Source of the DNA: Cyanobacteria bacterium P01_F01_bin.150
GTDB taxonomy: Bacteria; Cyanobacteriota; Cyanobacteriia; CAKZMO01
Direction: 5' to 3'
DNA length: 64,000 nt
NCBI GenBank assembly: GCA_039189765.1
Contig: JBCCYL010000002.1
Span: 32,001 to 96,000 of the forward strand
Numbering within the stretch: the first letter of the stretch is position 1; every line of letters begins with the position of its first letter. A model generated the notes under the pieces. The model saw nothing but the letters and a program-made list of their open reading frames with translations. It was not told the origin of the DNA and ran no database searches. Below, one piece after another: positions 1-8,116 of this stretch. Both the position numbers and the translations under genes were made by a program.

Positions 1-2
1 AA

Positions 3-335
3 ATGGCAGAATTAAGCTATCGGCAGATTGTCCAAAAACTGTTAGAGGAATATAGCAGCATTCGCTCTTTTAATGAAGAGGTTGAGGCGGAAGCTATCTT
101 TGATGAAAAACGCGATCGCTACCAAGTTGTCCATGTCGGTTGGTCCAATAAGCACCGCGTCTATGGCTGTATTCTGCATCTCGATATCAAAGACGGCAAG
201 ATATGGATTCAACACGATGGCACTGAAGGTGGCATCGCTAACGAGCTAGTAGAACAGGGCGTGCCCAAAACCGATATTGTGCTTGGGTTCCATTCTCCCT
301 TTAAGCGACAATTTACCGATTTTGCGGCGGGTTGA
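3..335 (+). CDS. xisI: XisI family protein (fdxN excision element-associated)
   Basis: 110 aa with typical XisI motifs (FDEKRDRYQVVHVGW, HLDIKDGKIWIQHDGTE, GVPKTDIVLGF). Confidence 0.9.
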   Translation: MAELSYRQIVQKLLEEYSSIRSFNEEVEAEAIFDEKRDRYQVVHVGWSNKHRVYGCILHLDIKDGKIWIQHDGTEGGIANELVEQGVPKTDIVLGFHSPFKRQFTDFAAG

Positions 336-369
336 TGTTGGCGATCGCAGAAGGCATTGCTAGGGGGCC

Positions 370-434
370 AGATCCCGGGGTTCTGCAAAAACGTATCGCC
401 AAACAACAAGGATGATATTAGAACCCCGGGATCT
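370..434. repeat. 65-bp palindromic element, copy 1 (15-bp inverted arms, 35-nt spacer)
   Basis: agatcccggggttct at 370-384 and agaaccccgggatct at 420-434 are exact reverse complements. Confidence 0.9.
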
Positions 435-452
435 CTGCGTAGCTGACCATTG

Positions 453-770
453 CTAGCCGATACGAACCTTCTTGGTTAACACGACCACTACTTCACCGGG
501 CTGTCCTGAGGGAACAGGATGGCTCCAGTCATTGGGTTCTGCATAGTTGAGGACGTACAGCAGCTTAATCGTGTTTTGGACTGCGGCGATGCTGCCAAAG
601 AGCATATGGCGCACGGGTTCGTAGTGGGGCGGCGACGATGACGACATCGTTGTACTAACGGCTACGGTATTTGCTGCATAATTCGCAATATAGCTTGAGG
701 TATAGTTTTCAGCGTAATATCCATCACAAACTGTGGGCGTAAATACGCCCGGTTCAAAGGGTTGAAACAT
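453..770 (-). CDS. Small cyanobacterial hypothetical protein
   Basis: 105-aa ORF; the C-terminal part (VRHMLFGS...LNYAEPNDWSHPVP...GEVVVVLTK) resembles a common small cyanobacterial family; GGAG upstream of the ATG. Confidence 0.6.
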   Translation of the reverse strand: MFQPFEPGVFTPTVCDGYYAENYTSSYIANYAANTVAVSTTMSSSSPPHYEPVRHMLFGSIAAVQNTIKLLYVLNYAEPNDWSHPVPSGQPGEVVVVLTKKVRIG

Positions 771-1195
771 GATTTCTGGTCTCCAGATATAACCATCAAT
801 GGATAGAGACCAGAACCCAAAATCACTCAGCCACTCCGCAACTTGTGGGACAAATCAGGGTAGCTGGGCGATAATCAACCCATACCTCCGAACTGCCTAC
901 GTCAGTTTTTGGGGTGTAGTCATCGGTGTGGTGTTCGTAGCACCCGCCGATGGCGCTAAGTCTCCTGAGTTCTGAGCCAGAGCGACGGCAAGGGGCTGAT
1001 GCGGTAAGTCACTTGGGTGTAAATTACCGATGCAGCGTTGTGCGATCGCCATAAAGACGAAAATAGGCTGATTCCTGTTCAGAGTCAAGCCTCAGAGGTG
1101 CCCGATAATCAACGCTATTTGGCAGAAATAGGCTGCTGAAGGCTGAAAAATCAGACAAAGGTAAGAGTTTTGTGGATTTTTGGGACAGTACGCCC

Positions 1196-1260
1196 AGATC
1201 CCAGGGTTCTACCCAACCTTCATTAAGATCGCCAAATTATTACCAAGAACCCTGGGATCT
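1196..1260. repeat. 65-bp palindromic element, copy 2
   Basis: agatcccagggttct 1196-1210 / agaaccctgggatct 1246-1260, perfect inverted repeat, 35-nt spacer. Confidence 0.9.
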
Positions 1261-1340
1261 CCCCAACGCCCTAACGCCCTAACGCCCCAACGCCCCAACC
1301 GTCCCTCTCCAAAATCTAAAATCTAAAATCCAAAATTCCA
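1261..1340. repeat. Short tandem repeats (8-mer cccYaacg and heptamer aaaatcY, STRR-like)
   Basis: ccccaacgccctaacgccctaacgccccaacgccccaac followed by aaaatctaaaatctaaaatcc. Confidence 0.8.
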
Positions 1341-1343
1341 AGG

Positions 1344-1520
1344 GGTTCAAGAAACTCTTCGGCGCACCTACCAAGCTCCCTGAACCGTTTGTATTTTTGG
1401 ATTACGTGCGTTTCCAAACTGCCGAGGCAAGCGGAACGCATTGCAATCACTGGAACAGGTCTGGACTCTTCAGGGCACTCCCAATGAATTCCCATCCATC
1501 AGCTCTGGCATAGAAGAGTA
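1344..1520 (-). ncRNA. Putative structured DGR spacer RNA 3' of TR
   Basis: Minus-strand stems: ACUCUUC/GAAGAGU (1519-1513 with 1471-1465) and a 13-bp stem with three G:U pairs at 1386-1344; lies directly downstream of TR. Confidence 0.55.
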
Positions 1521-1642
1521 CTGGGGGAGGAACAAACGAGGCGAAAGCCGATGTTGTTGTTCCTGTTGTCTGCGTCGTTCCTGTTACGGTTCGCCGAGCG
1601 GCAGTTCCTGGGATTGTTGATCCACGAACCACCCCGCAGCAG
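1521..1642 (-). other. DGR template repeat (TR)
   Basis: 122-bp match to 3579-3700 with 11 mismatches, all at coding-strand adenines; rich in AAC/AAT codons (reads LLRGGSWINNPRNCRSANRNRNDADNRNNNIGFRLVCSSP). Confidence 0.97.
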
Positions 1643-1705
1643 CAGAGGTGCCTGCCCCAGATTTAGTCTAAAGGATCTGGTTGACTGACCAAACATTGCC
1701 CCCAT

Positions 1706-1811
1706 GCAGTTGAAACTGCGGCTACACAAACAAAACCCGCCTACGCAGGTTAGGAGTAGTCCATTAGTCCCTGAAGAGGGACTTTGTCTGTATAGCCGCA
1801 AATTTATTTGC
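1706..1811. repeat. Inverted pair of REP-like double-hairpin repeats between RT and TR
   Basis: 1706-1751 (reverse) and 1766-1811 (forward) both read hairpin + ttgtYtgtRtagcc + GC-closed hairpin. Confidence 0.65.
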
Positions 1812-1820
1812 CAGGGCGAA

Positions 1821-2897
1821 TTAAGCCACCCCAGACCGACGGCTACGACGAAAGACCAGGGTGGCAAAAATATCTTGGCGTAGGTGCCAGCTATCGGCAT
1901 GTTTAAGGTGGGCACCCCAGCTCTGGATCGATTGAGTTAGGGATTTGACGCTAATCCGGCGTTTTTGATAGCGGCGCTGCAATCGCTTTAGGCGTCGTCG
2001 GGCGCGACGTAGGTTTTCGTTGCGAACGCGGATTCGGTCGGGCAGAATGCGAAAGCCGACAAAGTTTGCGCCGATTGCGGTGGCAAAAAGCTGACTTTTA
2101 ATTGGGTGAATAGTAAGACGAAGCGTAGCCAAATAGTCTTCAATGGCCTGTCGGGCTTGGACAAGTTCGGCTTTGTCGTGGCTAAAAAGGGCAAAATCAT
2201 CGACATAGCGAAGATAGGCGGAAATCTTAAGCTGCTCTTGGACAAAGTGATCGAAGCCGCTGAGGTAGATATTGGCAAAGCACTGGCTGGTAAGGTTGCC
2301 GATAGGAAGACCGCGTCGCCGTTCCAAGGGCGTAAGCAGGGTATCACCTGGGAAATGGCGAATAACGGGGATTTGCTCGTTGCTGCCGTCAATAATTAGG
2401 TCAATCAGCCAGAGAGTGTCGGGGCACTTAATTTTGCGCCGCAGAAGGGTCTTGAGAATTTCGTGGTCGATGCTGGGGAAATATTTGGTGATATCGCACT
2501 GGAGTACGTAGGGATAGGAGCGGGCACAGTGGGTAAAGCGCTGGAGGGCACGATGGGTCCCAAAGCCCCAGCGGTTTGCGTAGGAGTGGTGGATAAAGCT
2601 GCGTTCAAAGATGGGCATAATCACGTTGCACAGGGCATGGTGAACCACTCGATCGCGATAGGGTGCAGCGGAAATTATGCGGGGTTTGGGTTCTTTGATT
2701 TCAAAGGTATGATACTTTCCAGGGCGGTAGGTTTTAGTTTTAAGCTGATGCTGAAGGGTGATTAAATTTTGCTCTAAATTATAGTTAAAATCTAGAACAT
2801 TATCCCTAAATCGTTTGCCTTTTTGAGCATTACGGGCAGATACAAGTAGGTTTTCAAAATCAATAACTTTAGGCCAAAGATTACCGTAACGTTTCAT
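1821..2897 (-). CDS. DGR reverse transcriptase
   Basis: 358 aa; [31 protein letters not shown] (DGR-type SQ motif), catalytic RYVDDF; next to avd and TR. Confidence 0.97.
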   Translation of the reverse strand: MKRYGNLWPKVIDFENLLVSARNAQKGKRFRDNVLDFNYNLEQNLITLQHQLKTKTYRPGKYHTFEIKEPKPRIISAAPYRDRVVHHALCNVIMPIFERSFIHHSYANRWGFGTHRALQRFTHCARSYPYVLQCDITKYFPSIDHEILKTLLRRKIKCPDTLWLIDLIIDGSNEQIPVIRHFPGDTLLTPLERRRGLPIGNLTSQCFANIYLSGFDHFVQEQLKISAYLRYVDDFALFSHDKAELVQARQAIEDYLATLRLTIHPIKSQLFATAIGANFVGFRILPDRIRVRNENLRRARRRLKRLQRRYQKRRISVKSLTQSIQSWGAHLKHADSWHLRQDIFATLVFRRSRRSGVA

Positions 2898-2960
2898 CTA
2901 ATTAATTTATTTTCAGTTCCAAATTTTTAATTTTTAATTCTAAATTTTTAATTTTTAATT

Positions 2961-3329
2961 CTACACTAAGCTTCCTTGATTTACCCGAGGACTCCGCTTA
3001 CGCTGTTGCTTAATCCAGCCACCAAGATCCTTGCCGATAGTGTTGATTAATTCTCCAGCATGCTGATAACGATCTATTTTGATTAACTCAAAATCTAAAA
3101 GCAGGCGGGTTTGATGCCGAATCACGTCTAGCTTTGAGTTTAGAGCTTCAAGCCGTTCCAGTTTTTGGGTCGCATATCGGGCATAAATCAGCTCTTCTAA
3201 AAGATCGTAGAGATTAGAGGCCATCCGCTCTCCTAACATAAATTTATGCTGTTTGGGAAGACGATTAAGAATGGGAACGTACCATTTAATCAGGTCGTAG
3301 GTTTTCTGGATAATGGGCAAGTCTTGCAT
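2961..3329 (-). CDS. avd: DGR accessory variability determinant (Avd, four-helix bundle)
   Basis: 122 aa, LPIIQKTYDLIKWYVPILNRLPKQHKF...IGKDLGGWIK; directly upstream of the RT. Confidence 0.93.
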   Translation of the reverse strand: MQDLPIIQKTYDLIKWYVPILNRLPKQHKFMLGERMASNLYDLLEELIYARYATQKLERLEALNSKLDVIRHQTRLLLDFELIKIDRYQHAGELINTIGKDLGGWIKQQRKRSPRVNQGSLV

Positions 3330-3523
3330 TTATATGTGTACCGCCAAAAAAGATCACGTTTTATAAAGATTCAGTATTTCACAAAATAGAATACGGTACT
3401 ATTAAGTGGGAGACAGATATTTTTTAAGGAGTGTGCTGCACAATAGAGCTAATTTTAAAAAAGTAATTTGATTTCACTTTGTGAAAGCTTCGCTAACGCG
3501 CGTAGCGCGAAAAAAAGAGTAAA

Positions 3524-3573
3524 AATTAGCCCAAGAGCAAAGGGCAAAAAGGCAAAAGAATAGAGGGCTAATT
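3524..3573. promoter_or_regulatory. Inverted repeat directly downstream of VR1 (candidate DGR target-recognition hairpin)
   Basis: aattagccc 3524-3532 / gggctaatt 3565-3573, 9-bp arms with a 32-nt loop, overlapping the target stop codon. Confidence 0.45.
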
Positions 3574-5545
3574 AAGTCCTGGGGGAGGAACAAACGAGGC
3601 GAAAGCCGATGACGTCGTCCCAGTCGACTGCGTCGTTCCTGTTACGGTTCGCCGAGCGGCAGTACCAGGGATAGTTGACCCACGAACCACCCCGCAGCAG
3701 GCGACGGGTGGACTCTCCTGTTGTCCAAGCACTACCGTCTTTTGGAGCATTGTCGTAATTGTCATGCCAACGGTCTTCGCACCATTCCCAGACGTTGCCA
3801 TGCATATCGTAAAGGCCAAAGGCATTGGGCGGAAAGCTGCCGACTGGCATTGTTTTTTTCCGATATTCGCCTTCCGGGCCGTTGCCGTAGGTGTAGTTGG
3901 CGTCGTAATTGGCGATCGCCGTCGTCAACGTTGGCCCAAAATGAAATGGAGTCGTTGTTCCAGCCCGACAGGCATATTCCCATTCCGCTTCACTGGGTAG
4001 TCGATAGTTTTGGCCGAGGGGCGATAGTTTATTTAATCCTTCGAGGAAGGCGATCGCATCATCCCATGACACTTGTTCAACGGGGCGATCGCTCCCCTTG
4101 AATCCTGAAGGATTTTCACCCATTACGGCTTCATATACTGCCTGGGTCACCACAACCTTGCCCATATAAAAACTGGGCACCGTCACCCGATGAATCGGTT
4201 TTTCTGAATCATACTCATTAGACCCCATATCAAACGAACCACCCTTAATGTGCACCATATCAAAGGTGATGCCATTTCCTAAATCTTCGGTGAAATACTG
4301 AGCCTCCTTAGAAATTTTCTCAATAATTTTTCCCTTATCGTTTACCCGCACCGTTTCAAATGGAACCGTTAAGAGTGGTGATTGTGCGGTTGGTTGGGGC
4401 TTTGGTGAAGAAATCGGTGGTGGTGGCGTTGGAGCCTTTGCAACGGGAGAGAGTTGTGTCGGTGGTTGAGGCTTTGGGGAAGAAATGGTTGGTGCAGGCG
4501 TTGGAGCCTTTGCAACGGGAGAGAAAGGGGCGATCGCCTGTCCCTGGGGGAATCGGATTGGCTGAGGCGGCGTTGGTGCAGACGTGGCAGCAGGAGGATC
4601 AGAAGGCTTTTGCTGCGTCTCAATTGCCAAGCGCTGCTTTAGCGCCAGCGCTTTATCCTCTGCTGAACTTTCCGAACTCAATATGATTTGTTCCCACAGA
4701 TTTTTAGCCGACCCTAGATCTTGTAAAACATACTGGGCATGCAATGCATCCGCCTTAAGCTTATCAACATTGACCGTTGAAGGTGGAAGGGCAGGCTTTG
4801 GGGCTTTTTGGTCCTGAGATACAGGTAACAATAATTGCGTTGCCTTTTCCACTGGTTCTGCAATCACATAGGGGCGCTGGTTGCCAAACTTTTGGGTTAA
4901 GGTCGGTACAGTTTTCTGTAAATAGGCACTGAGTTTCCGTGCACTGCATTGGCTCGGTACACAATCTCCTCGCAGTGCATCCAATAAAGCATAGGTAAAC
5001 GCTCCGTGCTGATGCTCCTCTAGCTCATAGGACTTTTGCCCAGGACTACAGGAAAACAGCGTAATAATTCCGGCTTGTCGCACTAATTCAACGGTTTGGC
5101 TACCAATATCCTTGCCGTAGTCTGATACAACATTTCGACAAGCATCCAATACCAATACCAGGTTGCCTGCCTTACACTCCCGTAATGCTCGGACCACCTC
5201 GTCAACGGCAATGGCCGAATGAATCAAATCTTCTGGATCAGCATTGGTGGGCAACAAAAAATCTCGCCCTTGCTGTCGTCCGCCATGACCGCTAAAAAAG
5301 AGCCAAAAGCTATCGTTTCGTCCCAAACGAACTTTAGAGGAAATTGAGCGAAGGCCTCGTCTTAAATTAACTAGCTCAGGGTGTTGATGCTGGGATTGAT
5401 CGGAGTAGCGCAAGACTTCTTCAAAACCAATGTCCTGAAGGTAATTTTGCATGGCGATCGCATCATTCTCAGCAAATTGTAGATCCCTCAGATCGTCAAG
5501 CTGATAATGATTAACGCCGATAGTAAGGGCAACGTTTCTAGCCAT
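3572..5545 (-). CDS. DGR target: caspase-like peptidase C14 + Pro-rich linker + FGE-sulfatase (CLec-fold) domain
   Basis: FFSGHGG and VLDACRN (His/Cys dyad); FGE motifs RLPSEAEWEYACRAGT and NAFGLYDMHGNVWEWC; C-terminal VR matches TR. Confidence 0.95.
   Translation of the reverse strand: MARNVALTIGVNHYQLDDLRDLQFAENDAIAMQNYLQDIGFEEVLRYSDQSQHQHPELVNLRRGLRSISSKVRLGRNDSFWLFFSGHGGRQQGRDFLLPTNADPEDLIHSAIAVDEVVRALRECKAGNLVLVLDACRNVVSDYGKDIGSQTVELVRQAGIITLFSCSPGQKSYELEEHQHGAFTYALLDALRGDCVPSQCSARKLSAYLQKTVPTLTQKFGNQRPYVIAEPVEKATQLLLPVSQDQKAPKPALPPSTVNVDKLKADALHAQYVLQDLGSAKNLWEQIILSSESSAEDKALALKQRLAIETQQKPSDPPAATSAPTPPQPIRFPQGQAIAPFSPVAKAPTPAPTISSPKPQPPTQLSPVAKAPTPPPPISSPKPQPTAQSPLLTVPFETVRVNDKGKIIEKISKEAQYFTEDLGNGITFDMVHIKGGSFDMGSNEYDSEKPIHRVTVPSFYMGKVVVTQAVYEAVMGENPSGFKGSDRPVEQVSWDDAIAFLEGLNKLSPLGQNYRLPSEAEWEYACRAGTTTPFHFGPTLTTAIANYDANYTYGNGPEGEYRKKTMPVGSFPPNAFGLYDMHGNVWEWCEDRWHDNYDNAPKDGSAWTTGESTRRLLRGGSWVNYPWYCRSANRNRNDAVDWDDVIGFRLVCSSPRT
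3579..3700 (-). other. DGR variable region VR1
   Basis: Identical to TR at all 93 non-A positions; 11 of 29 TR adenines substituted. Confidence 0.97.
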
Positions 5546-5580
5546 ATCGATTTAATTCAACAGTCTCTCAATTTCCCTCT

Positions 5581-5722
5581 TCCCTAGTGCCCAGACTCCC
5601 TAGTGCCCAGACTCCCTGGTGCCCAGACTCTGGCTGGGTGCATCAAAGGGAGACTCTGGCTCCCCAGCCTCACCTGAGCCAGAGTCTCAGGTGAGGGTTC
5701 CCAGCCGGAGTCTGGGAACCAG
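5581..5722. repeat. REP-like palindromic repeat cluster (cccagactctggctggg family)
   Basis: cct(a/g)gtgcccagact three times, then gagccagagtctc and ggttcccagccggagtctgggaacc; related copy near 9690-9740. Confidence 0.7.
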
Positions 5723-5731
5723 GAGAGGGGC

Positions 5732-6136
5732 TTAGGGTTGACGTTCTGGCTTGCTTTCTGGCTTGCCAAACTTAAGGGTAATCGCGCCAGTGGCCCCCGC
5801 TTGGGTCCCGCCAATTCCCATTAGGCTTACCTTTCCCTCCGCACTAATCTGTACAGATAATTCAACCTCCTTCAGTTCCATTCCGGCTAAATCTCCCGCA
5901 TCCTTTTTGGCCTGCCCCAAGGCATTGCCCATGCTTTTCATCAGCCGGGTCAGCTCCCGCTGAATCGTCTGAGCCGACACCTGCACCGGACCAATGCCCT
6001 TACTAGCATCTGTCCCACCGGAACGAGGCGTATTGGATATTGCATCACTCAGAATCCCCTTACTTGGAGCCTCTGCACCCTCTCCACTTGGAGTATAAGT
6101 AATTAACGAAATCGTCTCATCTGACAGGTCTGCCAT
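5732..6136 (-). CDS. Pepco/Trypco-like peptidase-co-occurring small protein
   Basis: 134 aa with a helix followed by ELKEVELSVQISAEGKVSLMGIGG..AGATGAITLKF; directly upstream of a caspase gene; AGGAG upstream. Confidence 0.7.
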   Translation of the reverse strand: MADLSDETISLITYTPSGEGAEAPSKGILSDAISNTPRSGGTDASKGIGPVQVSAQTIQRELTRLMKSMGNALGQAKKDAGDLAGMELKEVELSVQISAEGKVSLMGIGGTQAGATGAITLKFGKPESKPERQP

Positions 6137-6156
6137 GGGGGGTCTCCTTATTACTA

Positions 6157-6296
6157 CAAAAACGTGTGTCTATTTTGTCACAGGAGTTTAGCACAGCCTA
6201 AATTATTCACAAAAGTCTTCCACCCATGCAAAGATCCCGGGGTTCTAATATCATCGTCGGGATAACCCAACACGTTTCGACAGAACCCCGGGATCT
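6157..6296. repeat. Direct repeat A (upstream region of the Pepco-like gene), including 65-bp element copy 3 at 6232-6296
   Basis: caaaaacgtgtgtctattttg...cctaaattattcacaaaa.tcttccaccca.gcaaagat matches 8117-8206. Confidence 0.9.
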
Positions 6297-6373
6297 GGCA
6301 CTGACCTTACTCCTAGAATCTAGAGGGATTCTAAAAATTCCTCAATCCAAAATCTAAAATCTAGAATCTAAAA

Positions 6374-8086
6374 TCAAATAGTTCTGGGGGAAGAACAGAC
6401 AAGGCGAAAGCCGAGGGCATAGTACCTGAGACCTGCATCGAGCCTGTGGCGGTTCGCTGAGCGGCAGAATCTGGGAATTTCCAACCACGCTCCCCCTCGC
6501 ATCCCGCGCAGGGTTGTATCTCCTGTTGTCCAGCTACTACCGTCACTTGGCGCATTGTCATAATTGTCATGCCAACGGTCTTCGCACCATTCCCAGACGT
6601 TGCCGTGCATATCGTAAAGGCCAAAGGCATTGGGCGGAAAACTGCCGACTGGTGTAGTTTTGTTTTGGTCTTTTCCTTTTGGCGCGTTGCCATAGGTGCC
6701 GCTACCGTCGTGGTTGGCGATCGCAGACGTTAATGTCGCCCCAAAATGAAACGGAGTCGTCGTTCCAGCTCGACAAGCATATTCCCATTCGGCTTCGCTG
6801 GGCAGTCGATAGTTTTGGCCAATAAGAGAATAGTCCTTGTTAAGGGCTTTGCAGAAGGCGATCGCATCATTCCATGCCACTTGTTTGACGGGGCGATTCT
6901 CATCTTGAGAGGCTTCGCCAACGCTTCCTTGAAAATTTGAGGGATTTTTACCCATTACGGCCTCATATACCGCCTGCGTCACCGTCACCATTCCCATAAA
7001 AAACGACGGCACACTTACCAAATGCTGTGGACCTTCATCGTTTCCGCGTTGCGCTTCATCAGGCGGTGAACCCATCGTAAAATCGCCACCTGGAATTTGC
7101 ACCATTGTAAACGTCACTCCATTGCTCAGGTTCTCCGTAAACCCATCCACTGTGACTGGATAGCGATTAGTAATATCGCCCCGGTCATTCGTTGGTCCGG
7201 CACTGGGCGATCGCTCCAGCAGTTGTAGCCACTCCGCCATTGACTGGGGACGATACTCCGGCTGAATCGCCATTCCCTTCATAATTGCCGCATTAACCCG
7301 GTCACTAATCGCCACATTCTTTTCCTGGGGCGGTACTAAATCATCGGGACGGGACTCCGCTAAGCTCACCCGTCGAGACAAGGATAGGGGCGGCACCTCG
7401 CCTGTTACCAAGGAATACAGCGTTGCGGCTAGGGCATAGACATCCGTAAATGCCCCTCGCTTGGCATGGGGCTGATACTGTTCCACCGGAGCATAACCAT
7501 CGGTCAAAAAGGGCGTATGTCTGCGGGTTAGGCTGGGGGTAAACTCACGGGCAATGCCAAAATCAATCAGCACCGCCTTGTCCGTCTCCTGCCGTACCAT
7601 AATATTGTTGGGCTTGATATCCCGATGCAGCAGCCCCTGACCATGCACGACCGATAGCGCTTGGCCCACTTGCTGGATATATCGTAGGGCATTAGCTTCA
7701 GTCAGCCTGCCCTTTGTACTAACCATCTCCGCTAAATCGACGCCATCGATGCACTCCATCACCATACAGGTCAGCCGCAGATATTTAGACAGAGTATTAC
7801 CTGGGTTGGGGTGGCACACCTTTTCTGTAAAAAAGCAGTGGACCTTAACAATATGAGGATGCTGACAGCCCCGAATCCTCAGGGCCTCGTTCATAAAATC
7901 ATCCTGAAAACTATCAAAGTCCGAGCGGATTTGGACCTCATCATTCAGGGTTTTAATCACCACCTCACCATAGTCCTGACTGGTGGCCAAATAGGTAATA
8001 CCAAAGCCCCCAACGCCCAGGACTTTTTTAATTCGATAGTTGCCCTCTTGTAGCCGTTGTCCTGGGGTCCATGCCATTCTAATCAA
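6374..8086 (-). CDS. Ser/Thr protein kinase + FGE-sulfatase (CLec-fold) domain; DGR target-like paralog
   Basis: GVGGFG, VVIK, HRDIKPNN, DFG, APVEQ kinase motifs; FGE domain similar to 3572-5545; VR-like C-terminus. Confidence 0.93.
   Translation of the reverse strand: MIRMAWTPGQRLQEGNYRIKKVLGVGGFGITYLATSQDYGEVVIKTLNDEVQIRSDFDSFQDDFMNEALRIRGCQHPHIVKVHCFFTEKVCHPNPGNTLSKYLRLTCMVMECIDGVDLAEMVSTKGRLTEANALRYIQQVGQALSVVHGQGLLHRDIKPNNIMVRQETDKAVLIDFGIAREFTPSLTRRHTPFLTDGYAPVEQYQPHAKRGAFTDVYALAATLYSLVTGEVPPLSLSRRVSLAESRPDDLVPPQEKNVAISDRVNAAIMKGMAIQPEYRPQSMAEWLQLLERSPSAGPTNDRGDITNRYPVTVDGFTENLSNGVTFTMVQIPGGDFTMGSPPDEAQRGNDEGPQHLVSVPSFFMGMVTVTQAVYEAVMGKNPSNFQGSVGEASQDENRPVKQVAWNDAIAFCKALNKDYSLIGQNYRLPSEAEWEYACRAGTTTPFHFGATLTSAIANHDGSGTYGNAPKGKDQNKTTPVGSFPPNAFGLYDMHGNVWEWCEDRWHDNYDNAPSDGSSWTTGDTTLRGMRGGAWLEIPRFCRSANRHRLDAGLRYYALGFRLVCSSPRTI
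6384..6503 (-). other. VR-like region VR2, diverged from the local TR
   Basis: Ungapped alignment to TR 1521-1640 gives about 16 mismatches at TR adenines and about 16 at non-adenines. Confidence 0.75.
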
Positions 8087-8116
8087 CTATCCAGCAATGA
8101 TGAGTTAGAAACGTAT

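Noticed and set aside
3..335. Heterocyst-type excision element implied by xisI
   Set aside because: No recombinase or interrupted gene is visible; xisH/xisI pairs are commonly scattered in cyanobacteria
1499..1915. 138-aa ORF ending in an FGE-like C-terminus (LLRGGSWINNPRNC...)
   Set aside because: It is the TR read in the VR frame and overlaps the RT end and repeats; better explained as non-coding template
1821..2897. Group II intron, retron or CRISPR-associated RT
   Set aside because: Short RT with SQ motif, adjacent avd and an adenine-specific TR/VR pair identify a DGR
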